Positions 38,684 through 47,839 of a stretch of 64,000 nt of DNA are shown here, piece after piece. The stretch covers positions 135,186 through 199,185 of the forward strand of contig CALRCK010000002.1 in NCBI GenBank assembly GCA_943354605.1, read 5' to 3'. Below the pieces are notes generated by a model. It had not been told where the DNA came from and did not search any database. It was given only the letters and a program-made list of their open reading frames with translations. A program made the position numbers and the translations under genes. How positions within the stretch are numbered: the first letter of the stretch is position 1; every line of letters starts with the position of its first letter. The stretch comes from Candidatus Uhrbacteria bacterium. Its GTDB lineage: Bacteria; Patescibacteriota; Patescibacteriia; UBA9934.

Positions 38684-39265
38684 ATGGACGTCGTGAAGTC
38701 ACTCCACAAGCTCCAAACCGCCCTGAACATCATTCTCGTCATCTGGGCAACGGTCATCATCGGGTTCGCATTACCGATCGATCATAAATATCACGGTGGA
38801 TGGATCTTCGGCTTAGCGTGGTTCCCGATTGTGCTTTTCGCAACCATCGAAATTGTGACGACGGCAAGGCTCCCAAAACGATTTTTTCCGGCATTCATCA
38901 CCTTCGTAGTGCCATTCATTTTCATCGGTATCAACGTCTTCCGGGGAACAAACGTCAGTATTGAAAACTTCGTCGTACAAACCGCAATGTTGCAATTCAC
39001 CGCAAGCATGCTTGCATTCGCTCTCCAAGCCGCCGTCTTTCCGTTCGTTTACGGAACCGCACAACACACGAAGAACTTTTTCCAAGAAGAAGCGCTCCCC
39101 CAACTCTTCGGTGCCGCGCTTGGACTGGGAGTGTGTTGGTTTGCGTTCAGCTTCCTTCTCACGTACAGCGTCATTACTCCAGCCGATCTTCCACTGATCA
39201 TCGTCGGAATCCTCCAGGGCGGAATCAATCTCGGACAAACACTTTACAAATCTCGCTACGAATAG
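38684..39265 (+). CDS. hypothetical membrane protein
   Basis: Five to six hydrophobic segments. Divergent from leuS. The track ORF starts inside leuS and was trimmed to the ATG at 38684. Confidence 0.5.
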   Translation: MDVVKSLHKLQTALNIILVIWATVIIGFALPIDHKYHGGWIFGLAWFPIVLFATIEIVTTARLPKRFFPAFITFVVPFIFIGINVFRGTNVSIENFVVQTAMLQFTASMLAFALQAAVFPFVYGTAQHTKNFFQEEALPQLFGAALGLGVCWFAFSFLLTYSVITPADLPLIIVGILQGGINLGQTLYKSRYE

Positions 39266-39281
39266 AGGTCCAAAAACACGT

Positions 39282-39313
39282 GTGCCCGCCTGCTCTCATC
39301 GAGCTGGCGGGCA
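39282..39313. terminator. hairpin between convergent gene ends
   Basis: gtgcccgcc...ggcgggcac. Confidence 0.45.
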
Positions 39314-39357
39314 CCGTTCGTCCGTGTCAGTCACCGATTCTCGACAGAGTGCCCCGT

Positions 39358-39888
39358 TCAAAATCGACCGGAGAGTCGTCGGATCACCGCAGCGTCGCTC
39401 GACGCACGAATCGTCGAGATAGCGAAACCGATCGCGAAATCGACAACCGCCTCGCTCCGGTGAATCAGCAGGCCGATCTGCTCATGGGTCATCGTGCCCA
39501 CGGAACCGTCAGCAAAGCCGAAGCGCAACCCCAGGTAGTGCCAGGCAGCAGGGTCCGCCACATGCCGACGAAGAAGCGCGAACGCCGCCGCACGAGAAGA
39601 CTCGGTCCACGCCGACCGCAACACGCCCCCGTAGCGCTCGGCCACGAATGCCGGGAAGTGGTCCCAGTAGCCCGCGACGATGTCTTCCGCGATTCCTGCC
39701 GTAGACACCTGGTCGGCAAACATTGCCCACAGCGCATCCGCCGACGGAATCTCCGGAAGAACGTCGGTCCGAGGGCCGAAGATCTCGGTGAGGCAGCGTT
39801 CGAGCGGATCGTCGGGGCGAACAGCGCTCGCAAGAAGAAGGGCGCGAACGCCCTCCACGTAGGGACGGAAATTCGTATCCAGGGCCAT
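39358..39888 (-). CDS. hypothetical protein in GC-rich islet
   Basis: About 176 aa from the ATG at 39886-39888. GC near 65 percent. No recognisable motifs. Confidence 0.35.
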   Translation of the reverse strand: MALDTNFRPYVEGVRALLLASAVRPDDPLERCLTEIFGPRTDVLPEIPSADALWAMFADQVSTAGIAEDIVAGYWDHFPAFVAERYGGVLRSAWTESSRAAAFALLRRHVADPAAWHYLGLRFGFADGSVGTMTHEQIGLLIHRSEAVVDFAIGFAISTIRASSDAAVIRRLSGRF

Positions 39889-39968
39889 TGGGAAAACCTC
39901 GAAACCGCGGGGAAGGAAATGCGGCCCGCTATTATTAGCCGAAATATAGCGTTTTGTCCAAAATCTGC

Positions 39969-40911
39969 TATGCTCCGCACCATGTCCTTCTCCCTCCCCC
40001 AAGACCTGATTGATCGGCTCGAAGACCAGTTTGGCGCCGCAAAAGCACGCCAAGCCGTCATGGGAATGACGAGCCGCTACGTGACGCTTCGCGTGAACAC
40101 GCTTAAATCCAACGACGCGGAGATTATGGAAATCTTCCGCCAAGAGCTCATTCAGTTCGAACGCGCGAAGAGGTTACCGCATGCGTTCATCGTCAAAAAC
40201 CGAAAGGCGAAGGAACTCCTCAACCACCAGATGTGCCTGAGCGGCCTCGTGTATTTGCAGGGCCTCACATCGATGCTGCCACCGATCGTCCTCGATCCAA
40301 AACCAAACGAATCGATTGCGGATTTTTGCGCAGCGCCGGGGAGTAAAACGAGTCAGATGGCGGCGATGATGGAAGGGAATAGGCAGTTGGAAGTAGGCAG
40401 TAGGCCGAACATTTCCGCGTTTGAACCAAACTTTGTTCGCTATCAAAAACTCCACAACACGCTGAAGATCCAGGGGGCTGAATTCGTCAAAACGCAACAA
40501 ATCGACTCCACAAAACTTGGCGCAATGATGCCGGAAGCGTTCGATAAAATCCTCCTCGACGTTCCCTGCTCTGCCGAAGGACGTATCGATGCGGACGACG
40601 ATCGTTCTTTCGAGACGTGGGGCGACGCAACACACCAAGCGTACCCCGAGCTTCAACGCCGACTCTTTTCCTCGGCCGTTGCAGCGCTCAAACCCGGCGG
40701 CACACTTGTGTATTCCACCTGTACCCTCGACCCGAACGAAAACGAACGCATGATCAACTGGGCGCTCAGCGAGTTTCCCAATCTCACCGCCGAGTCGATC
40801 AATCTCCCATTCCCCGGCATCGTCCACAAAAGTACAAAATCCACCACCCTTTTGCCAACCAAACTGTACGAGGGATTTTTCGTGGCGAAGATGATGAAAA
40901 CGAACCGATAA
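39969..40911 (+). CDS. rRNA cytosine-C5 methyltransferase (RsmB/F, NOL1/NOP2/Sun family)
   Basis: SAM-binding FCAAPGSKT, catalytic LLDVPCSAEG and TLVYSTCTL. Confidence 0.8.
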
Positions 40912-40939
40912 GCTACAGTACACATGCCCAGGAGTTCCC

Positions 40940-41446
40940 GTGACCATGCTCTTCGTTCCGATCGCGCCAACCACTCAGATCGCGCTCAATACCGATCGAG
41001 AAACCGTTACGATCGTTCACATCTTCCCGCTCAGCTTGGACGTCGCCAATGTCGTATCGAGCTTCGCAAACAAGGCCCAGGGTCTTGTGATCACTCGCGT
41101 CACTCTTCCGACGGTGGATCTCCTCGCGCTCGCGTCGCTCATCAACGAACACGTTCCTCGATCGGAACGCTACGGTCCGCGAGGGCCGTTCCAGCAAACG
41201 GGCGTGACGATGGACATCGACCTCCTCAAGTGTACCCTCGGCCTGATGCGGGGCCTCACCGCAGATGAACGCCATGGCACAGACGAGGTCCGAACGTTCA
41301 CCCACGCTGTCAGAGAAGACTGTCAGATCGTTGCCTTCGTAGTGACGTTCGCACGAGCGCACGACATCGCGGTCACGATCGACATGGTGGCGCCAAAGAT
41401 CCTTCAGACTCTCGCCGAACAGCTTCCGGACGTTCAGCCGGGCTAG
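40940..41446 (+). CDS. hypothetical protein in GC-rich islet
   Basis: Balanced composition, in contrast to the R/E/D-rich antisense frame. Followed by a GC hairpin at 41481-41508. Confidence 0.35.
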   Translation: MTMLFVPIAPTTQIALNTDRETVTIVHIFPLSLDVANVVSSFANKAQGLVITRVTLPTVDLLALASLINEHVPRSERYGPRGPFQQTGVTMDIDLLKCTLGLMRGLTADERHGTDEVRTFTHAVREDCQIVAFVVTFARAHDIAVTIDMVAPKILQTLAEQLPDVQPG

Positions 41447-41480
41447 CAGTCCGCGGCCCCTACGCACGCCACAACGAGAC

Positions 41481-41520
41481 GCCGCCGGCCCCTGTGGGCT
41501 GGCGGCGTTCCTGTTTCCGG
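41481..41520 (+). terminator. GC hairpin plus T-rich tail after the GC-islet ORF
   Basis: cgccgccggccc-ctgt-gggctggcggcg followed by ttcctgtttcc. Confidence 0.5.
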
Positions 41521-41557
41521 AGAATCGCGTACACTTGGATTATTACAAATCCAATCT

Positions 41558-42097
41558 ATGGAAACGTATCTTCGTCAAAGCACCGTCGACCCGCTCCGGG
41601 AAGGAAAGTTGCTTGGGATCTTCTACGGTCTTTTTGGCCTTATTTTTGCAAGCATCGTGTTGTGGTTCATCCATCGCGGCGACATTCCCCTCGAATTCGC
41701 CACTCCAATTGATAAAGTTGCCGGCGCGTTTGGACTCATGACATTATGCGTACCGTTTCTTTTTGCAAAAATATGTCTTTCCATTCAACCGGTCATAAAA
41801 ATCACCATCGCCGATGACACGATCTCCTTTGAAAAAACCGATAAAACGATAACAACAATTCCCTGGAACACGATTCTTGATGTATCGAAAACCATATCCA
41901 TGGGACGTTATTCCAGGGGAAACATCGTACAGAATTCAATCCTGGTCGTCTATCGAGACCCACAAGGGAAAAAGTGCAGAATTGGCGGATCTGAACCTGC
42001 GTGGATACAGCAAGAAAATCACCGTGTCGTTACCGGAGAAGCATTACGAGAAACCCTTCGAAAACTCTGGCGAACAAAAATAAGGAAAACACCATAA
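41558..42097 (+). CDS. hypothetical membrane protein
   Basis: Two N-terminal transmembrane segments plus a soluble domain. Immediately upstream of rarA. Confidence 0.5.
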   Translation: METYLRQSTVDPLREGKLLGIFYGLFGLIFASIVLWFIHRGDIPLEFATPIDKVAGAFGLMTLCVPFLFAKICLSIQPVIKITIADDTISFEKTDKTITTIPWNTILDVSKTISMGRYSRGNIVQNSILVVYRDPQGKKCRIGGSEPAWIQQENHRVVTGEALRETLRKLWRTKIRKTP

Positions 42098-42098
42098 C

Positions 42099-43346
42099 AT
42101 GGACCTTTTCGATTCCATCCTCACCCAACCATCCGCAAACACGCCGCTCGCGGAGCGGATGCGGCCAAAAACGCTCGAGGAATTCGAGGGGCAGCAGGAT
42201 GTGATTGGGCCGGGTTCGCCGCTCTACACGGCGATCGTTTCCGATGACGTTCCGAGTCTGATGCTTTGGGGGCCGCCGGGAACAGGAAAGACGACGCTCG
42301 CACACATTGTTGCGACGATGACGAAGGCACGATTTGTTCCCTTCTCTGCCGTTGGCGGAAGCGTCAAAGATGTCCGAACCATCATCGACCAGGCGGAAAC
42401 CGATCGAAAATATTACAAACGGAAAACAATCCTTTTTGTTGACGAGATTCATCGGTTTAACAAAGCGCAACAAGACGCGTTTTTGCCGTCGGTAGAAAAC
42501 GGAACGATTATTCTCATTGGTGCAACCACTGAGAACCCATCCTTCGCCGTGAACGGCGCGCTGCTTTCGCGTTCTCGCGTCATCGTCCTCAAACAACTGG
42601 AGCCGGAATCGATCATAAAGATTCTCAAACGCGCGATCACCGACAAAGAACTCGGCCTCGGCACAGAAAACATCGTGATCGACGAGGACGCGATCGGCAT
42701 GCTTGCGAATTTTGCGAACGGCGATGCACGATCGGCGCTCAACACACTCGATCTTGCGGTGAAGACATCAAGGGGCGCACCAATCACCACCGATCTCATT
42801 AAAACCGCGCTCACAAAAAGCCATTTGCATTACGACAAAGACGGCGAAGAGCATTACAACATCATCTCCGCGCTCCACAAATCCATGCGGGGGAACAATG
42901 CGAACGCGGCACTGTATTGGATGGGACGAATGCTGCTTTCCGGGGAAGATCCTCGATACGTCACGCGTCGACTCATTCGGTTCGCGAGCGAAGACATCGG
43001 ACTTGCCGATCCGAATGCGCTGGTTCAGGCCATTGCCGCACACGATGCCGCACAAATGATCGGCATGCCGGAATGCTCGGTTAATATTGCGCAATGTGTG
43101 GCGTACTTATCGAAAGCGCCAAAATCGAATGCGCTTTACACCGCGTGGCAGTCCATTTCCGACGACATCCAAAACCTTCCGAACGAACCGGTTCCAATTC
43201 ACCTTCGGAATGCTCCAACCAAACTCATGAAGGATCTCGGCTACGGCAAAAACTACAAATACACGCCAAATTTCAAAAACGCAGAGGATGCGAGGCAGGA
43301 GTATTTACCAAAGTCGCTCAAGGCAAAAAAGTATTTTTTAGACTAA
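42099..43346 (+). CDS. rarA: replication-associated recombination protein A (AAA+ ATPase)
   Basis: Walker A LWGPPGTGKTTLA, Walker B LFVDEIHRFN, and the MgsA C-terminal domain. Confidence 0.9.
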   Translation: MDLFDSILTQPSANTPLAERMRPKTLEEFEGQQDVIGPGSPLYTAIVSDDVPSLMLWGPPGTGKTTLAHIVATMTKARFVPFSAVGGSVKDVRTIIDQAETDRKYYKRKTILFVDEIHRFNKAQQDAFLPSVENGTIILIGATTENPSFAVNGALLSRSRVIVLKQLEPESIIKILKRAITDKELGLGTENIVIDEDAIGMLANFANGDARSALNTLDLAVKTSRGAPITTDLIKTALTKSHLHYDKDGEEHYNIISALHKSMRGNNANAALYWMGRMLLSGEDPRYVTRRLIRFASEDIGLADPNALVQAIAAHDAAQMIGMPECSVNIAQCVAYLSKAPKSNALYTAWQSISDDIQNLPNEPVPIHLRNAPTKLMKDLGYGKNYKYTPNFKNAEDARQEYLPKSLKAKKYFLD

Positions 43347-43372
43347 CTAAGTTAGTCCCAAACTTAGTTTAA
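43340..43372. repeat. tandem 13-bp palindrome array (2 units) between the convergent rarA and ABC exporter stops
   Basis: gactaactaagttag-tcc-caaacttagttta. Overlaps the rarA TAA. Confidence 0.7.
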
Positions 43373-45139
43373 TTTCTGTTTTTCCCAAAGCTCGAAGAAC
43401 CGACCGCGTTTGTTGTACAGATCGGTAAATGATCCCGATTCGATGATGCGGCCACCTTCAAGCACAAGAATGCGATCCATTTCCTTAATTGTCGTGAGTC
43501 GATGAGCAATAACAAGAGCGGTGACATTCTTAAAGAAGACATGAAGTGAATCCTGGATCTTTTCTTCGGATTCTACATCGAGATGCGACGTTGCTTCGTC
43601 GAGGAACAGCACGTCCGGCTCTTTGAACACGGCTCGAGCGATTCCGACGCGCTGGCGCTCACCACCAGAAAGCTTTACCCCCTTCTCACCAATCGCAGTC
43701 TCGACACCATAGGGTAATCGATAGAGGAACGAGGTGACGTGCGCGATGTTTAACGCCTTCTCGAGCGCTGCGTCGTCGTTCTTCTTTGGATTTGCGAGAA
43801 GAATATTCTCACGCAGTGAAAGGTTGAACACTTCGGTTTCCTGCAACACGACCGTCGCCTTTTGGTAATACGAGCTCTTCTTAATCGATCGCAAAGGCAC
43901 GTCATCTACGAGAATCTCACCAGTGTAATTTTCGTTTTCTTTCAGCAACAACTTAAACAGCGTCGATTTCCCTGCGCCAGATAATCCAACGAGCCCAAGA
44001 CGCTCGCCGCGATGCAGATCAAACGAAATATTGTGCAGTACCTCATCTCCGCCGTAGGAAAACGAAAGATTCCGCACGGAAATTATTTTCCAATCTTTGG
44101 GAAAATTCCGCGTTGCGTCGCGACCATCGAGGAACGATTCAATACTCAACAATTCTTGCATGCGCGCAACAGCAAGCTTTTGCATAATAAAGTCCTGAAC
44201 GGTGTCTGAAAAACTTGATGCACAGTCAATAACACGCCCAAAATAAAAGTTGAAGATAATGAGGAAACCTACGCCATACGTACCGCGGAGAATTCCAAGC
44301 GCAATCACAAGAACCACAACCATGCGGAAGGTAATAGAGTACGCGCTCAGCACAACAGCCTGACTCTGAAAACGATAAATCCGCTCTTGTACACGGTTAA
44401 AAACATCGTTCGCGGCTCCCTGAACGCGGCCCATCAATCCAGCGCTCATATTCAACACCTTGACGGTACGAATGTTATTCACCCCCTCAAACATCACACC
44501 ATTGAGCTCTTCTTCCTTCGCATTGACCTGCTGCGCAGCAATGCGCGCCTTCTTGATTAATTTTTGATTGATTGCAATGTACGACAACAAAAATATTGCT
44601 GTCACAGCGGCGATAAATCGATCGGTGATACCAATCATCACCACGGTTCCAATAAAAATGACGATCATCTCAATGGTGCCATTAATCCAAATCCGCATGA
44701 GTCGATCGATGGCGTCACCACCACGATCGAGACGCTTCAATTTATTCCCCGCATTTTCACGCTCGTGCCACGCCATGTCGAGCGCAAAAAGCTTTGTCAT
44801 CGACGCATTCTTTGCATCCAACGCAGCACGCTCTCCAGCTCCAAAACCATACTTTCGTGCAAAATACTGACCGAATATTTTGAGAATCATTGACACCACC
44901 CAACCCGCAAACAACCACCAAAGCATCGTCAATGGCTCCCCCGCCTTCCACGACACGCAAAAGGTGAGAATCGTCGCAAGAACCCATGCGGGATACAACC
45001 ACGCAACATCTGAGATAAAACGTGATGCTGTTCCAAGAATCACTTTACCTTTATACGGCGAAAGAAAATGCCACACATCTCGAAAGAGCTGTGTGGTGGT
45101 GTAGTTTTTCTCGAAGACCTGTTCTTTTGTATCGGTCAT
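43364..45139 (-). CDS. ABC transporter, fused permease/ATP-binding (MsbA-like exporter)
   Basis: Six-helix transmembrane domain, Walker A GLSGAGKST, LSGGERQR signature, Walker B LFLDEATS. Start trimmed to MTDTKEQ because upstream track sequence crosses a repeat. Confidence 0.85.
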   Translation of the reverse strand: MTDTKEQVFEKNYTTTQLFRDVWHFLSPYKGKVILGTASRFISDVAWLYPAWVLATILTFCVSWKAGEPLTMLWWLFAGWVVSMILKIFGQYFARKYGFGAGERAALDAKNASMTKLFALDMAWHERENAGNKLKRLDRGGDAIDRLMRIWINGTIEMIVIFIGTVVMIGITDRFIAAVTAIFLLSYIAINQKLIKKARIAAQQVNAKEEELNGVMFEGVNNIRTVKVLNMSAGLMGRVQGAANDVFNRVQERIYRFQSQAVVLSAYSITFRMVVVLVIALGILRGTYGVGFLIIFNFYFGRVIDCASSFSDTVQDFIMQKLAVARMQELLSIESFLDGRDATRNFPKDWKIISVRNLSFSYGGDEVLHNISFDLHRGERLGLVGLSGAGKSTLFKLLLKENENYTGEILVDDVPLRSIKKSSYYQKATVVLQETEVFNLSLRENILLANPKKNDDAALEKALNIAHVTSFLYRLPYGVETAIGEKGVKLSGGERQRVGIARAVFKEPDVLFLDEATSHLDVESEEKIQDSLHVFFKNVTALVIAHRLTTIKEMDRILVLEGGRIIESGSFTDLYNKRGRFFELWEKQKLN

Positions 45140-45175
45140 AGAAGAAATGATATCAGAAATGACTTTGGCGCTTTT

Positions 45176-45300
45176 ATTCGCGACCAGTTTCGATGAAGAT
45201 CGAGGAAAGCTTCTGAGACGTACTTCTTGGTACGTTGAAGAAGTTTCCGATGATCTGAATCGAAAATGGGCCGAAGAAATGCGCCAAAAGGAAAGCCGGC
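45176..45300. repeat. structured about 110-nt dispersed repeat, copy B (upstream of the ABC exporter)
   Basis: Same family. Outer stem ggaaagcttct/agaagtttcc is compensatory relative to copy A. Confidence 0.8.
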
Positions 45301-45620
45301 CGAGCTCTAGATGCAACTGACACCCCTTCGTAAGAGGTCGCCATCTGGTGTTGCAACGAACTCGGCCGGACAGTACCGCGCGTGATGCCATGAGACCGCT
45401 CCCCAGTGGTCTGTACATTCGACGCCGCGCGCGACGTGGTAGCCCATTACTGACTGGGCAAAAAGGACGGGTCCTTCAATCGTCTCGGAACCTGAGGTTG
45501 AAAGGAAGTTCAAAGCCGCAACGAGAGACCCGCTCGTTGAGCCTATCAAATATCGCCAATCCCCTCAAACCGCAAGCCCCGAGGTTTTCCCCCGGGGCTC
45601 CGTAGCGTTTGTGCTGCCTG

Positions 45621-46160
45621 TCAACGGTCCCGATACTCCGCGAGGAGCACCGCCGCCGCCCCCACAGCGTCTACCATGGTGTATGCCTCGTGAAGGCTCC
45701 CGTAGCCGAAGCCGCGGCGGACGACGTCCTCCAGGAGCACGCGAAGTGCTGCGAACTCCACGCGGTCCACCAGGATGATGGGCCGATCCGCGGGAATCTG
45801 CCCAAGAAGCTTCCGTGAAATCACGTCGAGCACCTCGAACATCGTTCCGATGCCGCCGGGCAGCGCCACGTAGGCGTCGCCCAGGTCGATGAGCATCTTC
45901 TGCCGAAGCGCGAGTTCGTCGAACTCCACGCGTTCCGTGAACGCGTTGTGCCCGGGCGGGTAGCGCTCCGCATTTAGGAGCACGCCGTGCACCTGACCGC
46001 CAGCTTCCATGGCGCCCTCGCACAGCGCACGCATCATGCCAGGGCCACCACCGTTCACGCAGGTGAATCCAGCGCCGGCAAGGATGCCGCCGAAGTGTCG
46101 CGCAGTCCGAAGGTGGAAGGGACTAGAGGGAGAAGATCCGCAGAACACCGTTACACGCAT
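45621..46160 (-). CDS. LOG family protein (cytokinin riboside 5-prime-monophosphate phosphoribohydrolase-like)
   Basis: Contains GGGPGMM and PGGIGTMFE motifs. GC-rich. Confidence 0.7.
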   Translation of the reverse strand: MRVTVFCGSSPSSPFHLRTARHFGGILAGAGFTCVNGGGPGMMRALCEGAMEAGGQVHGVLLNAERYPPGHNAFTERVEFDELALRQKMLIDLGDAYVALPGGIGTMFEVLDVISRKLLGQIPADRPIILVDRVEFAALRVLLEDVVRRGFGYGSLHEAYTMVDAVGAAAVLLAEYRDR

Positions 46161-46496
46161 GGATCACCGAATGTTGAAGGAACCGAACAGAAAAAGGGAG
46201 CTGACGGGAAGGGCACTAGTGGGATACACAACAATCGTCGTCGGTACACCAGCACTATTACCCTCCCCGCCAGCAGCACGCCGCTAGAACAGCGCGCCCG
46301 ACACTGAACAAACCGCTTACGAGGAGGAACGTTCAGTGGCAGAGGAATTGCGAGGCCTTGTATGCGTCCTGGCCGCAAGAGTCGTCGGAGCGGTGCCCAT
46401 GAGAGCCCGCGAGGAGACGCGACGGTCTTTTCCAAAACGCACGAAGGCCAAGCAATGGGAGATACGGTATACGAAAATATGAAAATTCGCCAGGAG

Positions 46497-47414
46497 TTAC
46501 TCCTGAGCCTCGATCCACCGCTCCGCATCAAGCGCGGCCATACAGCCGGTTCCGGCGGCGGTTACGGCTTGGCGATACACGTGGTCTGCAACGTCGCCAC
46601 ACGCAAAAATGCCCGGGATATTCGTCGCGGTGGATTTGGACGGGAGCATAATGTAGCCTTTTTCGTCGAGATCGATGAGGCCTTTAAACATTGCGGTGTT
46701 CGGCTTGTGGCCAATCGCCATAAAAATTCCGTCGCACGCGATAGACCCATCTTCGCCACTGACGACATTTCGTGTTCGCAGGCTCGTCACGTGGTCGTCG
46801 CCAAGAATTTCCTCGATCGTCGTGTTCATAACAAACGCGATCTTTGGGTTGTTCTTCGCCTTGTCGATCATGATTTTCGATGCGCGAAAATCTTCGCGAC
46901 GATGAACGATGGTTACTTTGTTCGCAAAACGCGTGAGGAATGTCGCCTCCTCCATTGCCGTGTCTCCCCCACCAACCACCACAATCTCTTTTCCACGGAA
47001 GAAAAATCCGTCACACGTTGCACACGCGGAAACACCCTTGCCCTGTAATCGCTCTTCGCCGGGAACGCCAAGCCACATCGCCGATGCGCCAGTGGCGATG
47101 ATAACCGTTTTCGTTTCAATCGAGCGTGTTGCGGTTTTTATCGTGAACGGCGATGAGGTTCCGATCACCTCTGTCACAACATCGTCGATGAACTCCGTAC
47201 CGAATCGCAAAGCCTGCTTCTTGAGCTTCTCCATCAGCTCTGGACCAAGCACGCCATCAGCCTCGCCCGGCCAATTCTCAACATCGGACGTGAGCGTTAA
47301 TTGCCCACCGGGCTGCAACCCCGCAATCATCATTGGGGAAAGATTGGCGCGTGCTGCATAAATCGCCGCAGTATAGCCCGCAGGACCAGAACCGATAATG
47401 ACGACATTTTTCAT
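46497..47414 (-). CDS. trxB: thioredoxin-disulfide reductase
   Basis: Redox-active CATC, two Rossmann motifs (GSGPAG, GGGDTA). Confidence 0.9.
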   Translation of the reverse strand: MKNVVIIGSGPAGYTAAIYAARANLSPMMIAGLQPGGQLTLTSDVENWPGEADGVLGPELMEKLKKQALRFGTEFIDDVVTEVIGTSSPFTIKTATRSIETKTVIIATGASAMWLGVPGEERLQGKGVSACATCDGFFFRGKEIVVVGGGDTAMEEATFLTRFANKVTIVHRREDFRASKIMIDKAKNNPKIAFVMNTTIEEILGDDHVTSLRTRNVVSGEDGSIACDGIFMAIGHKPNTAMFKGLIDLDEKGYIMLPSKSTATNIPGIFACGDVADHVYRQAVTAAGTGCMAALDAERWIEAQE

Positions 47415-47441
47415 AAAACCGATAGGTCGAATAAGGCCTAT

Positions 47442-47753
47442 TTACAGGTGTCGTGCAACGCGTTCCGCAAGAACGTCTTTCGTCATTGCTCCAGCAAACT
47501 GCTCCACCACTGCTCCACCTTTCATGACCATAAATGTTGGAATGGAGAGCACATTGTATCGCTGCGCCAAATCTGGTGCTTCGTCCACATTCACCTTTAC
47601 CACGAGAACTTCTGGATGCTCGTTGCCGTATGCTGCGATTGTTGGTTCCATCATCTTGCACGGTCCACACCACGGCGCCCAAAAATCAATCAATACCGGG
47701 GACGACGACTGCAACACGACCGCATCAAAATTCGATGAATTGAGTTCTTGCAT
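47442..47753 (-). CDS. trxA: thioredoxin
   Basis: Contains WAPWCGPCK. Confidence 0.9.
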   Translation of the reverse strand: MQELNSSNFDAVVLQSSSPVLIDFWAPWCGPCKMMEPTIAAYGNEHPEVLVVKVNVDEAPDLAQRYNVLSIPTFMVMKGGAVVEQFAGAMTKDVLAERVARHL

Positions 47754-47839
47754 ATGAAGGAAAGGTTATAGGTTATAGGGGTTAGGTTTTAGTGAGGCGA
47801 CAACTAAAACCTAAAAACTATCCACTAAAACCTTTATAT

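Noticed and set aside
39133-39968. N-terminal 280 aa of the long plus-strand ORF 39133-40911.
   Set aside because: The methyltransferase homology begins at the ATG at 39969-39982. The upstream part is a GC-rich open frame overlapping the minus-strand islet ORF.
40913-41467. Minus-strand 184-aa ORF overlapping the plus-strand ORF 40940-41446.
   Set aside because: It is an R/E/D-rich low-complexity translation. The plus frame is more protein-like and is followed by a terminator.
45300-45620. tmRNA, RNase P RNA or SRP RNA in the GC-rich spacer.
   Set aside because: I looked for the tmRNA T-arm plus CCA end, the RNase P GGAAAGUCCGG and ACAGAACCCGGCUUA boxes, and the SRP GUCAGGUCCGGAAGGAAGCAGC motif on both strands. 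None is present.
46336-46482. 48-aa GTG-initiated ORF with a strong AGGAGG sequence 7 nt upstream, in the LOG promoter region.
   Set aside because: It has an unremarkable basic sequence in GC-rich DNA and no support beyond the SD-like motif. I kept it only as a note.
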